64,000 nt of DNA, taken from the IMG/VR virus record IMGVR_UViG_3300042393_000544, positions 34,114 through 98,113 of that record. One strand, given 5' to 3'. The notes under the pieces are model-generated. The model was given only the letters and a program-made list of their open reading frames with translations, ran no database searches and was not told the DNA's origin. Positions 20,206 to 29,496 of the stretch are shown in pieces; the first letter of the stretch is position 1, and each line of letters begins with the position of its first letter. Both the position numbers and the translations under genes were made by a program. Source of the DNA: a virus (Duplodnaviria; Caudoviricetes).

Positions 20206-20586
20206 TTGAGCCACTACGCCAAAGTCGTTGACGGTAAGGTTGTATCAGTTATCGTTGCAGAAGCAGAATTTTTTGATACGTTTGTAGACTCTTCGCCCGG
20301 CGCTTGGGTCAAGACCTCATACAACACCCGTGGCAACGTCCACTATGTGCCTGACAGCAACACCCCAAGCGCAGATCAGTCAAAGGCACTGAGAGGCAAT
20401 TATGCGGGACTAGGCTACACCTACGACCCCGTAGCAGACGTTTTCTACGCACCACAGCCTTACGCATCATGGGTACTAAGCCCACTGACGTTCTTGTGGG
20501 AAGCGCCTGTTGCTATGCCTGCTGACGGTAAAAATTACGAGTGGGACGAAGCCACGACTTCGTGGAAAGAATTGGTTGCTGCTTAA
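20206..20586 (+). CDS. Tail fibre assembly / chaperone-like protein
   Basis: TTG start after AAGGAG. LRGNYAGLGYTYD..F..PQPY.SW..WEAP..Y.WDE motif. Confidence 0.6.
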   Translation: MSHYAKVVDGKVVSVIVAEAEFFDTFVDSSPGAWVKTSYNTRGNVHYVPDSNTPSADQSKALRGNYAGLGYTYDPVADVFYAPQPYASWVLSPLTFLWEAPVAMPADGKNYEWDEATTSWKELVAA

Positions 20587-20599
20587 TTAAGGAAAGATC

Positions 20600-21541
20600 A
20601 TGGCTCTTGACGTACAAGGTACAGACTATTTAAAACTGCCGGTAGGTACTACGGGTCAACGTCCGTCTGTTCCTGCGTCAGGCATGATTCGTCAAAACTC
20701 CACAACGGGTAATCCTGAGTGGTGGGATGCGGTATCTTCTCAATGGCTGACTTTTAGCCAAAACTCGGGTTACACAATTAGTTACCTTGTTGTAGCTGGC
20801 GGCGGCGGCGGCGGCGAAGCTGGCGGCGGTGCGGGCGGTTTATTGTCAGCTACAACATCACTTACTGTTGGCACCGCTTACACAATTACAGTAGGGGCAG
20901 GTGGTGCTGGCAGCGCAACCATTACAACCACTAATGGTACATCCGGCTCGACTTCTTCATTGGGTTCTATTGTCACTACAACTGGTGGCGGTGGTGGTGG
21001 ACAAACAGGAGCGGTTGGTTCTAACGGTGGCTCCGGTGGTGGTGGCGGGTATCAGGCAAACTATGCTGGCGGTTCAGGGACAGTAGGGCAAGGTTACGCA
21101 GGAGGTTCAGGTTCAAATGCGTCTAATACGTCAGGTGGTAGCGGTGGCGGTGCAGGTGCAGTAGGTGCTAACGCAACAGGAAGTGCTGCGGGTAATGGTG
21201 GTACGGGGGCTGCAAACTCAATTAGCGGAACTTCTGTCACTTACGCTGGCGGTGGGGGCGGTGGTGGCGATAGCCGAGGTGTAACTAATGGCACTGGCGG
21301 TACTGGTGGCGGTGGTGCTGGTGCATATACTACTGCTGGTGTAGCTGGTACAGTTAACACCGGAGGAGGCGGCGGCGGCGGCGGATACAACGCCCCAAAT
21401 TGGTCAACAGGCGGCGCAGGCGGTTCAGGCATCGTAATCATCAGCTACCTTGGCAGTCAGCGTGGCACAGGCGGTACGGTTACATCGTCTGGTGGCTACA
21501 CAATCCATACCTTCACTTCGAGTTCCACATACAACGCTTAA
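20600..21541 (+). CDS. Glycine-rich tail-associated protein, paralogue 4
   Basis: LPVGTTGQRP, YLVVAGGGGG; ends HTFTSSSTYNA. Confidence 0.75.
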   Translation: MALDVQGTDYLKLPVGTTGQRPSVPASGMIRQNSTTGNPEWWDAVSSQWLTFSQNSGYTISYLVVAGGGGGGEAGGGAGGLLSATTSLTVGTAYTITVGAGGAGSATITTTNGTSGSTSSLGSIVTTTGGGGGGQTGAVGSNGGSGGGGGYQANYAGGSGTVGQGYAGGSGSNASNTSGGSGGGAGAVGANATGSAAGNGGTGAANSISGTSVTYAGGGGGGGDSRGVTNGTGGTGGGGAGAYTTAGVAGTVNTGGGGGGGGYNAPNWSTGGAGGSGIVIISYLGSQRGTGGTVTSSGGYTIHTFTSSSTYNA

Positions 21542-21642
21542 TAACTTGTCTTGCAGCGGTGCTACTTTTACCAGTAGTGCTGCTGTGTAGTTTGTGGTTA
21601 ATACCGTGGGCTATTTTTGCAGTGTTTAAACAGAGGTAACGA

Positions 21643-22347
21643 ATGCTTGGCCTATTCCCTATTGCGGGAGCGCCGTTTGCTGATATAGGGGCATCGAGCG
21701 TATCTGTCTCTGTTACGGTAACTGGAGTTACTGGCACGGGGGTTTTAGGCACGGCTACGGTTACTGCTGACGCTAATGTCAACGTCACAGGCGTTACGGG
21801 TACAGGCGTTTTAGGTACAGCTACGGTTACTGCTGATGCTAATGCATTCCCAACTAGCGTTACCGGAACGGGTGTTCTAGGCACAGCCACGGTTAATGCT
21901 GGTGCTACGGTCAACGTCACAGGTGTTACGGGTACTGGGGTATTAGGCACAGCCACGGTCACGGCGGGTGCAACGGTTAACGTCACAGGCGTAGTTGGTA
22001 CTGGAGTATTAGGTACAGCTACAGTTACAGGTGGCGCTACCGTAGATACAACGGGTGTTGTGGGTACAGGGCAAGTAAACTCTGTTACGACCAATGCCGA
22101 TGCAAATATCTTTCCAACTGGGGTCAGTGCAACAGGAAGTGTTGGTACAGTATCGGTTGATTTAAATCTTGAAGTGTTTGTTACAGGTGTTGTAGGTACA
22201 GGCAGGATTGGTACGTTCTTTGTGTGGAGCGACATCGTTCCGATTCAGGCATCTAACTGGGTAGACATCAATGACACGAATGCTGAAACTTGGGCGGATA
22301 TTACGCCAACGCAGACAACAAATTGGCAAGATATTCTTGCCGCATAG
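21643..22347 (+). CDS. Structural protein with 22-aa tandem repeats
   Basis: About eight VTGVTGTGVLGTATVTAxAxVN-like units; W-x-D-I repeats at the C-terminus. Confidence 0.7.
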   Translation: MLGLFPIAGAPFADIGASSVSVSVTVTGVTGTGVLGTATVTADANVNVTGVTGTGVLGTATVTADANAFPTSVTGTGVLGTATVNAGATVNVTGVTGTGVLGTATVTAGATVNVTGVVGTGVLGTATVTGGATVDTTGVVGTGQVNSVTTNADANIFPTGVSATGSVGTVSVDLNLEVFVTGVVGTGRIGTFFVWSDIVPIQASNWVDINDTNAETWADITPTQTTNWQDILAA

Positions 22348-22356
22348 GAGCTAATA

Positions 22357-22782
22357 ATGCCCAGTACGTACAGCCCATCACTTAAACTTGAACTCATTGC
22401 AGACGGTGAACAACCCGGCACTTGGGGTCAAACAACCAACACGAACCTCGGCACATTGCTTGAGCAGGCTATTACGGGTGTGCAATCCATTGTGATGACC
22501 AATGCCGATTACACACTTACCGATTTAAACGGTCTGTCTGATGAAGCACGAAACGCTGTACTGATTGTGACCGGCACAAACGCCGCGTCAAGAAAGGTCG
22601 TTACCCCACTAGTCAACAAACAATACATTGTCATCAACAACACCACAGGCGGGTTCCCAATTACGATTGGTGCAACCACAGGCACGGCAGTGACCATTGG
22701 CAACGGTGTCACACAAGCTGTTTACTGTAACGGTACAAACTTCTTTGCGGTACTGTCATCAATCAACGGGGGTACATTTTGA
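22357..22782 (+). CDS. Tail fibre anchor-like protein
   Basis: MPSTYS.LKLEL..GEQ.GTWG.TTN.N N-terminus; ends GGTF. Confidence 0.6.
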   Translation: MPSTYSPSLKLELIADGEQPGTWGQTTNTNLGTLLEQAITGVQSIVMTNADYTLTDLNGLSDEARNAVLIVTGTNAASRKVVTPLVNKQYIVINNTTGGFPITIGATTGTAVTIGNGVTQAVYCNGTNFFAVLSSINGGTF

Positions 22783-22982
22783 TTATCGAGAACCAAGCAA
22801 CTGATGCGGAAGCCGCACACAAGATTGAAATCCTTTGCCCGTCATGCAATGCAAACGTGACGCAAGACGAGCTTGATAAAGCGCAGTGTTCAGACTGTGG
22901 TGCTGACTTAGCCGTACCCAAGCAAAACGTTGAGATTCATGCAACGTCTGTTCCAGCCTTCATCATTGCCTTTACGGGGTAG
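22779..22982 (+). CDS. Small zinc-ribbon protein
   Basis: CPSC...CSDC. Confidence 0.55.
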   Translation: MIIENQATDAEAAHKIEILCPSCNANVTQDELDKAQCSDCGADLAVPKQNVEIHATSVPAFIIAFTG

Positions 22983-22985
22983 ATC

Positions 22986-23402
22986 ATGTTTCCAATCATG
23001 GATATTTTAGGCATTGGCATGAAGGTCTTGGATAAGTTTTTCCCAGACCCCGAGCAGAAAGCCAAAGCACAGCTTGAACTCATGCAGATGCAGCAGAACG
23101 GTGAGCTTGCAAAAATGCAGGCTGATATGCAAGAGCAAGGCGAGCTTACCAAACGCCAAGAAAACGATATGCGGTCTGACTCTTGGTTGAGTAAAAACAT
23201 TCGCCCTATGACCCTAATAGCAATTCTGAGCGGCTACTTTACGTTTGCAATGATGAGCGCCTTTGATATTGAGACCAACAAGGCATACGTCGAGCTGCTT
23301 GGTCAGTGGGGTATGTTGATTATGTCTTTCTACTTCGGCGGCAGAACGCTTGAGAAGATTATCGACATGAAAAGCAAAAGCGGCGACAAAAGCGAAAAGT
23401 AA
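22986..23402 (+). CDS. Holin (3TM, GTA-like family)
   Basis: DSWLSKNIRP, hydrophobic segments, FYFGGRTLEK. Confidence 0.8.
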   Translation: MFPIMDILGIGMKVLDKFFPDPEQKAKAQLELMQMQQNGELAKMQADMQEQGELTKRQENDMRSDSWLSKNIRPMTLIAILSGYFTFAMMSAFDIETNKAYVELLGQWGMLIMSFYFGGRTLEKIIDMKSKSGDKSEK

Positions 23403-24064
23403 TGGTGACGGCTAAAAAACCTGCGGTTAAGCGAGCGCCAGTAAAACGGGTTGCAAAGCCCGCGCCCGTTAAAAACCCAGACTTTACCGACAAGGTTGTT
23501 GACCTTATTAAGTGGGTGGACAGCCCGTTCAAGCTGATCTCAGTGGTGCTAATTGCGTTTGTTGCGTTTGCTGGATACTTTGCTTGGGATTCACGGCAGG
23601 TCATTCTTGGTGCAATCAGCAGCAAGAAAACTGAACTTAAAGAGCCAATGCTGGTTGAGGCTATTGCCAAATCTTTGATTTACGACCTAAGCGCGGATGT
23701 GGTGATTGTGAACTCAGTCAATCTTCAGTCCAACAGCCGCACAACCATCTTGGCAATGAGCAATCAAGGTCGAGAGAAGACGCTTGAAGGTTCAATCAAC
23801 GCTTTGTTTACAAGCACCCCTGAGCATAACCGTGCGGTCATTACGATGTTTCAAGGCGAGGTGCATTGTGAGACGTTTGTGCCAAGCTCAAAGATTGGTG
23901 AGTATGCCGTTAAGCATGGCGTAACGTACATGTGCCGTGGCTCTGTACCACCAGAACAAGGTAGGTTTGTAGGCTACATTGCAGTGGGCTTCAAGATACC
24001 TCCCAAAGACATTTCACAAACCAAAACTCGAATTAACCTAGCAAGTACGGAGATGAGTAAATGA
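23402..24064 (+). CDS. Single-TM lysis-module protein with GAF-like soluble domain
   Basis: Basic N-terminus, one TM helix, alpha/beta domain with two Cys ending FVGYIAVGF; between holin and endolysin. Confidence 0.5.
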   Translation: MVTAKKPAVKRAPVKRVAKPAPVKNPDFTDKVVDLIKWVDSPFKLISVVLIAFVAFAGYFAWDSRQVILGAISSKKTELKEPMLVEAIAKSLIYDLSADVVIVNSVNLQSNSRTTILAMSNQGREKTLEGSINALFTSTPEHNRAVITMFQGEVHCETFVPSSKIGEYAVKHGVTYMCRGSVPPEQGRFVGYIAVGFKIPPKDISQTKTRINLASTEMSK

Positions 24065-24597
24065 TTGATAACTGGAAACTAGCTTTTGAACAGATGCTCA
24101 AAAGTGAAGGTGGCTTCACCGATGATGATCGTGATAACGGCAACAAGCTACCAGATGGGCGTAAAGGCTCAACCATGCTTGGCGTGACTCAGTTCAACTG
24201 GGAGCAGCACGTTGGGCATCAAGTCACCCACGACCAAATGCGTAAGCTAACCCCTGCGGATGTAGAACCCCTGTACAAGAAAAAGTATTGGGACGTTGTG
24301 CGGGCTGACGAATTGCCTTCTGGGATTGATTACCTTGTGTTTGATATGGGGGTCAATGCGGGTCCGGGTCGTTCAATTAAGCTACTACAGACTGCCGTAG
24401 GCGTAACACCTGATGGCGGTTTTGGTCCGATGACAATGGCTGCTGTGCAAGCGGCTGATCCTGTTAAGTTGATTCAAGACTTTAGCGATGCCAAAGAAAC
24501 TTTTTACCGCAGTCTTGATACTTTTACTGTCTACGGTACAGGGTGGCTAAATCGTGTAGCAGCAGTTAAACTGAAAGCCTCTAGCATGTTGGGGTAA
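24061..24597 (+). CDS. Endolysin, GH108 lysozyme with peptidoglycan-binding domain
   Basis: EGGF.DD..D, T..GVT, Y...YW, FD.GVNAG, GWLNRV. Confidence 0.9.
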   Translation: MIDNWKLAFEQMLKSEGGFTDDDRDNGNKLPDGRKGSTMLGVTQFNWEQHVGHQVTHDQMRKLTPADVEPLYKKKYWDVVRADELPSGIDYLVFDMGVNAGPGRSIKLLQTAVGVTPDGGFGPMTMAAVQAADPVKLIQDFSDAKETFYRSLDTFTVYGTGWLNRVAAVKLKASSMLG

Positions 24598-24600
24598 CCT

Positions 24601-26730
24601 ATGCCGTTACAGAAACTGACCTTTCGACCCGGTGTAAACCGTGAGGGTACTAACTACGCAAATGAGGGTGGTTGGTATGACTGCGACCATATTCGTTTTC
24701 GTTCAGGTCAGGTTGAAAAGATTGGTGGGTGGACTCGCTTATCCAACGGTTCGTTTCTCGGCACGGCACGGTCAATGTGGAACTGGATTAACCTTGAAGG
24801 TACAAACTACCTTGGGGTTGGCACAAACCTAAAGTATTACATTGAGTACGGTGGTGGTTACTACGACATCACCCCAATCAGAAAAACTGTAAACCCTATG
24901 CTGGGTGCTGTACCTCCTAGCACTGGCAACCCGTTGGCTACTGCGTTTAATACGCTCAACGGCGGCATTACGGCAACGCAGACTACACTTATTCTTACTT
25001 CCGGTGCATCGTTCCAAAACTCGCCGGGCATTATCAAGATTGATTCAGAGCAAATCTACTACACAGGCAAGTCAACCAACACCCTGACAGGGCTTGTGCG
25101 GGGTTACAACGGCACAACTGCGGCTACTCATGCTACGAGCGCATCTGTAAGCTGCTCAACAGTTACTGTGACTGATGTTGCTAATGGTGTGGTGCAAAAT
25201 GATTTTGTGACGTTCAGTGGACTTACGGCTACAGGCGGGTTTACAACGGGTCAGCTTAACGTCGAGCAACAAGTCTTTAACGTAATAAGCGTTGATAAGT
25301 ACACCTTTAATGTGTCGGGTGTGTTTTCTACTAGTGCGGTGACCACTGGCGGCGGTACGGTTGGAATTGCTGCGTATCAAATCAATACAGGTCTGGACAT
25401 TTACGTTATCGGCACAGGCTGGGGTGCGGGTGTCTGGGGTCGTGGCGGCTGGGGTAGTGCGTCTTCTACTCAAGCTGTTGGGTCTCAGTTGCGCCTCTGG
25501 TCAAACGAGAACTACGGGCAGGACTTAGTTATTGCGCCACGCAACGGCGGTGTTTACTATTGGAAGAGTGCTGATGGGCTGACTACCCGTGCTAAGTTGC
25601 TAAATGACTTGTCAACAACGGAAGGTTACGCTGGTCAGTACGTTCCAAACCAGACGCTTGAGATTTCAGCATCGTCAATTCAGCGTTTTGTTATTTGTTT
25701 TGGTGCAAACCCGTACGAGTCTGGAACGCCTAATACAGCCTTTAACCCGATGTTGGTACGCTGGTCAGACCAAGCCAATCAATACGACTGGGTTCCTGAT
25801 CCAACCAATCAGGCGGGTGAGTTTGGGCTTTCGCACGGCTCATCTATCGTTACTTACGTCAATACTCGCCAAGAGATTTTGATTTGGACTGACTCGGCGT
25901 TGTACTCAATGCAGTACGTTGGCGCACCGTATGTGTGGTCGTTCCAGCTTTTGATGGATAACATTTCCATCATGTCACCGAATTCAATCTACACAGTCAA
26001 TAACGTGACCTACTGGATGGGCAATGGTAAGTTCTACCAATACTCAGGTCGTGTTGACACATTGGCTAGTTCGTTGCGTCAGTATGTCTTTGAGGACATT
26101 AACCAGAATCAGTCGTATCAAGTGTTTGCTGGTGGCAACGAGGGCTACAACGAGATTTGGTGGTTTTACTGCTCACTAAACTCAGACACTATTGACAAGT
26201 ATGTGATCTACAACTACCTCGACAAAGTTTGGTATTACGGCACAATGGCACGTACCGCATGGCTTGATTCAGGCATCAGGGAATACCCTATGGCTACGGA
26301 TTACAACAACCGTGTGCTGTACCACGAGTCTGACGTTAATGACGTTGCTGGCACAACTTCACTGCCAATTGAGGCTTACATTCAGTCTTCTGACTTTGAC
26401 ATTGGTGACGGGCATAACTTTGGGTTTGTATGGCGCATCCTGCCTGACGTTAACTTTAACGGCTCAAACATCAACCAGCCGTTTGTCACAATGACAATTA
26501 AACCTCGGCAAAACGCGGGTACGCCATATGGGGTGGCAAACATTCCTGAAGTGCAAAGTGCAAGCAATTACACAACGAGTCGAGCATACAACGTGCAGCT
26601 TTTTGATGGGCAGGTTTACACCCGCCTGCGTGGTCGCCAGATGAGCTTTAGGATTGAGTCTGGCGAGCTTGGTGTGCAATGGCAGTTGGGAACCCCCAGA
26701 ATTGATATTCGCAATGACGGGCGGCGTTGA
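24601..26730 (+). CDS. Tail nozzle / DNA stabilisation protein (P22 gp10-like position)
   Basis: 709 aa, propeller-like Trp-rich repeats, VRWSDQ; precedes ejection genes. Confidence 0.7.
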   Translation: MPLQKLTFRPGVNREGTNYANEGGWYDCDHIRFRSGQVEKIGGWTRLSNGSFLGTARSMWNWINLEGTNYLGVGTNLKYYIEYGGGYYDITPIRKTVNPMLGAVPPSTGNPLATAFNTLNGGITATQTTLILTSGASFQNSPGIIKIDSEQIYYTGKSTNTLTGLVRGYNGTTAATHATSASVSCSTVTVTDVANGVVQNDFVTFSGLTATGGFTTGQLNVEQQVFNVISVDKYTFNVSGVFSTSAVTTGGGTVGIAAYQINTGLDIYVIGTGWGAGVWGRGGWGSASSTQAVGSQLRLWSNENYGQDLVIAPRNGGVYYWKSADGLTTRAKLLNDLSTTEGYAGQYVPNQTLEISASSIQRFVICFGANPYESGTPNTAFNPMLVRWSDQANQYDWVPDPTNQAGEFGLSHGSSIVTYVNTRQEILIWTDSALYSMQYVGAPYVWSFQLLMDNISIMSPNSIYTVNNVTYWMGNGKFYQYSGRVDTLASSLRQYVFEDINQNQSYQVFAGGNEGYNEIWWFYCSLNSDTIDKYVIYNYLDKVWYYGTMARTAWLDSGIREYPMATDYNNRVLYHESDVNDVAGTTSLPIEAYIQSSDFDIGDGHNFGFVWRILPDVNFNGSNINQPFVTMTIKPRQNAGTPYGVANIPEVQSASNYTTSRAYNVQLFDGQVYTRLRGRQMSFRIESGELGVQWQLGTPRIDIRNDGRR

Positions 26731-26981
26731 TGAGTACCGGCACAACACAATCCCCAAACCTGCCAACACCCCCTGTTGAGTATGAGCAACGTTACCTTGA
26801 GCAGTTAACAAACGTTCTTAGATTGTATTTTTCACAGCTAGATAATCCGGGATTTTCTGCGGCAAGTGGTTTAAACTTGAATATAGATAAACTTCCGACC
26901 CAAACAAGTCTCGCTGACCTACGGGTTGGCGATGTGTACCGCGACACAACAGCCGGTAATGTCCTAAAGGTCAAAGTATGA
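26730..26981 (+). CDS. Small tail protein
   Basis: PNLP.PP.EY...LRLYF.QLD; coupled to both neighbours. Confidence 0.55.
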   Translation: MSTGTTQSPNLPTPPVEYEQRYLEQLTNVLRLYFSQLDNPGFSAASGLNLNIDKLPTQTSLADLRVGDVYRDTTAGNVLKVKV

Positions 26982-29089
26982 GCTTAACTAAAATTGCACA
27001 ATATTTAGAACATCAAGGTCGTGGTGACGATAAGCATTTAGTTCATATGACTAAAGGCGAACTGCAAGCCTTGCAAAAATTAGCTGAACAAAATGGCGGA
27101 TCTCTTACGATTAACCCGCAAACTGGTCTTCCAGAAGCTGGGTTTTTAAGTAGCATTTTGCCAATGGTTGCAGGCGCAGCAATGGTAGCTTTAGCACCAG
27201 CAACTGGCGGCTTATCAATGTTAGGCAATCCATTAGTAGCTGGAGCTATTGTTGGTGCTGGCAGTTATGCAATGACGGGAAGTCTTCAACAAGGCGTAAT
27301 GGCTGGTCTAAGCGCTTATGGTGGAGGTGCTTTGGCTGGTGGGTTAGGCGCAATTGGCGCGGGTGCAACAGATGTTGCCACTAGTACCTTGGCTAATGAG
27401 GCAGGCAATGTTGCTGGACAAGAAGCCGTAAAAGTAGCGGCTGCACAAGGGATTACAGATCAGGCGGCATTAAACGCAATTCAACAACAGGCAATAGATT
27501 CTGGTGCAAACGCTGTTGGTCAAGTTGCAAGCCCAAAAAGTTTAGCAAGTATTGGTGGAGGATTGTCCAATCCATCAGGCACAGGAATTACTCAGTCATT
27601 ATCAAACCTTGGTAGCTTTGCCAAGAATAATGTCGGGGCATTAGCAGGTTTAGGACTTGGGGCGTATCAAGCCTTTCAAGATTCTAATAAATCGTCTGAA
27701 CCAGAAACTGATGCCGCCCCAAATCCTTTTGGATTGAAAACAATTCCAAAGGATGCAAATGGCAATCCTATTTTTAAACCATCATTGCCAACTCCTCCCG
27801 CTCAACCGTATCAAGCACAGTACAGAAATTACGTGCAGAACCCATACAACCCAATGAGCGCAAAGAGTGGTGGGTTAATGGATGTTCCTAAGTATGCAGG
27901 TAAAACTGATTACGGAAGTATGGTTTCAGGCGCTAAAGATCTTCAACAGGGTTTATCACAAGCCAGTCAAGCAGCCCCATTAACGCCATTGCAAGAACAG
28001 TTAATTGCTATGGGACAGCGTAGCTCTCAAGAAGGTCTTTATAACTTGAGCGATATTGAATACGCTAAGTTATCACCTAAAGAATTGATGAAAAAACACA
28101 AGATTGATATTGCTAAAGGCTTGTCAGAGGTTGGCGCTTTGGGTGCTTATGACACAAAATCCGCTACACAATTACAAGCGGAAGCTGCCGCACAAGCTGA
28201 TATTGCCAAGAGTCAAAGTCGAACTTCTGCTAAAGAAGGCGGTTTAATGGCGTTTGCAGAAGGTGGATCTCCTATTTATCATCCTCAATATCAAAATTTT
28301 GCTCCTACGGCGTACCAACAACGAGACTCAACCCTCGCGCAATTACAAGCTGAAAATCAAGCATACATGAATCAAGGTATTCCTGAGTTTTCTAGACTAG
28401 CAAGTAATGTTGGTTACGCAATTGACCCAATGCAAATGAAAGGATCGCCTGCTTTACAAGCGTTTAAAGCAGATGAAGCCGCAAAATTAGCTGCCACTAA
28501 TCTCATAATGCAACAGCAACAACAAATGGCTGGTTATGGTTCTAACCAAAACACCGGTGATGGTATGGGCGATGATGGGGGCGGCACTGTAGGTCAAGGC
28601 ATGGGAGCTGGCGGTGAAGGTGGTGAAGGTGGCGATGGTGGCGCTTCGGGTGGAAATGGTGGGTCTGCGTTTGCAATAGGTGGTGGTATTGGATCTGATT
28701 ACGGTGTGTTTGCCGACAATAGCAATTCAAATAGTGGGATGGATCAATTCCATCGAGGTCAACAATATCCTATGCAGCAACCACAGAATTTTAATAACGG
28801 CGGTAGCACCAATAATCTTGGCGGTTATTCTGATGGAGGTCGTTTACTTAAAGGACCCGGCGATGGTGTTAGCGATGGTATACCTGCTACGATTAACGGT
28901 CGTCAGCCTGCTCGTCTTGCTGATGGTGAGTTTGTCATTCCTGCTAGGATTGTTTCTGAATTGGGGAATGGGTCTACAGATGCCGGTGCTAAACGTCTGT
29001 ATGCCATGATGGATCGAATTAAAAGTGCAAGATCCAAAGCAAAAAATATTGCAACCGACACAAAAGCATATAAACACTTACCAGCATGA
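26978..29089 (+). CDS. Ejection / internal virion protein with TM region, xxGG motifs and a tape-measure-type C-terminal domain
   Basis: GRGDD.LVH...NPQTGLPEA N-terminus; hydrophobic G/A segment; C-terminal GPGDGVSDGIPA...LADGEFVIPA. Confidence 0.7.
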   Translation: MSLTKIAQYLEHQGRGDDKHLVHMTKGELQALQKLAEQNGGSLTINPQTGLPEAGFLSSILPMVAGAAMVALAPATGGLSMLGNPLVAGAIVGAGSYAMTGSLQQGVMAGLSAYGGGALAGGLGAIGAGATDVATSTLANEAGNVAGQEAVKVAAAQGITDQAALNAIQQQAIDSGANAVGQVASPKSLASIGGGLSNPSGTGITQSLSNLGSFAKNNVGALAGLGLGAYQAFQDSNKSSEPETDAAPNPFGLKTIPKDANGNPIFKPSLPTPPAQPYQAQYRNYVQNPYNPMSAKSGGLMDVPKYAGKTDYGSMVSGAKDLQQGLSQASQAAPLTPLQEQLIAMGQRSSQEGLYNLSDIEYAKLSPKELMKKHKIDIAKGLSEVGALGAYDTKSATQLQAEAAAQADIAKSQSRTSAKEGGLMAFAEGGSPIYHPQYQNFAPTAYQQRDSTLAQLQAENQAYMNQGIPEFSRLASNVGYAIDPMQMKGSPALQAFKADEAAKLAATNLIMQQQQQMAGYGSNQNTGDGMGDDGGGTVGQGMGAGGEGGEGGDGGASGGNGGSAFAIGGGIGSDYGVFADNSNSNSGMDQFHRGQQYPMQQPQNFNNGGSTNNLGGYSDGGRLLKGPGDGVSDGIPATINGRQPARLADGEFVIPARIVSELGNGSTDAGAKRLYAMMDRIKSARSKAKNIATDTKAYKHLPA

Positions 29090-29496
29090 ACGTACAGTAT
29101 GTTCCCATTCATCATGTAAACCAAACTTGGCCTCTTGTTTCGGGTTTTTTGCAGGCAGCAATTGAACAACAGTCTGGCAACAAAGACTATACGCTAGAAC
29201 AGGTTCAGGTTTATGTAAGCAGTGGTCAATGGGTTTTATTGGTTGCAACTAAAGACGAAAATATTGTTGGTGCAGCTACAGTTAATTTGTTTAATCGACC
29301 CAATAATCGTGTTGCTTTTATTACGTATATTGGTGGGCATTTAATTGTTGGTGAAGATTCGTTTAAACAGATGTGCCAAGTCTTAAAAACTTATGGGGCT
29401 ACGTCTATAGAAGGCGCTGTTAATGATGCTGTTGCTAGATTGTGGCAACGCTTTGGGTTCGTTGAAAAATACAAAATTGTTGAGGTTGCGCTATGA
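29086..29496 (+). CDS. GNAT-like protein among the ejection genes
   Basis: IVGAA..., IEG....VARLWQRFGF GNAT-like pattern. Confidence 0.55.
   Translation: MNVQYVPIHHVNQTWPLVSGFLQAAIEQQSGNKDYTLEQVQVYVSSGQWVLLVATKDENIVGAATVNLFNRPNNRVAFITYIGGHLIVGEDSFKQMCQVLKTYGATSIEGAVNDAVARLWQRFGFVEKYKIVEVAL

Noticed and set aside
16653-21541. Diversity-generating retroelement acting on the fibre paralogues
   Set aside because: No reverse transcriptase and no repeat pair differing only at adenines was seen.
21710-22210. Regular 66-bp repeats as a CRISPR array
   Set aside because: In-frame coding repeats with synonymous variation, no unique spacers and no cas operon.
14374-22235. Long antisense ORFs (265 aa, 240 aa and Pro-rich ones)
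   Set aside because: Shadows of low-complexity Gly/Thr/Ala coding on the + strand.
22538-22560. CTGATGA...GAAAC hammerhead-like core on the + strand
   Set aside because: Only 5 nt between the core halves with no stem II, no stems I or III, and it lies mid-CDS.
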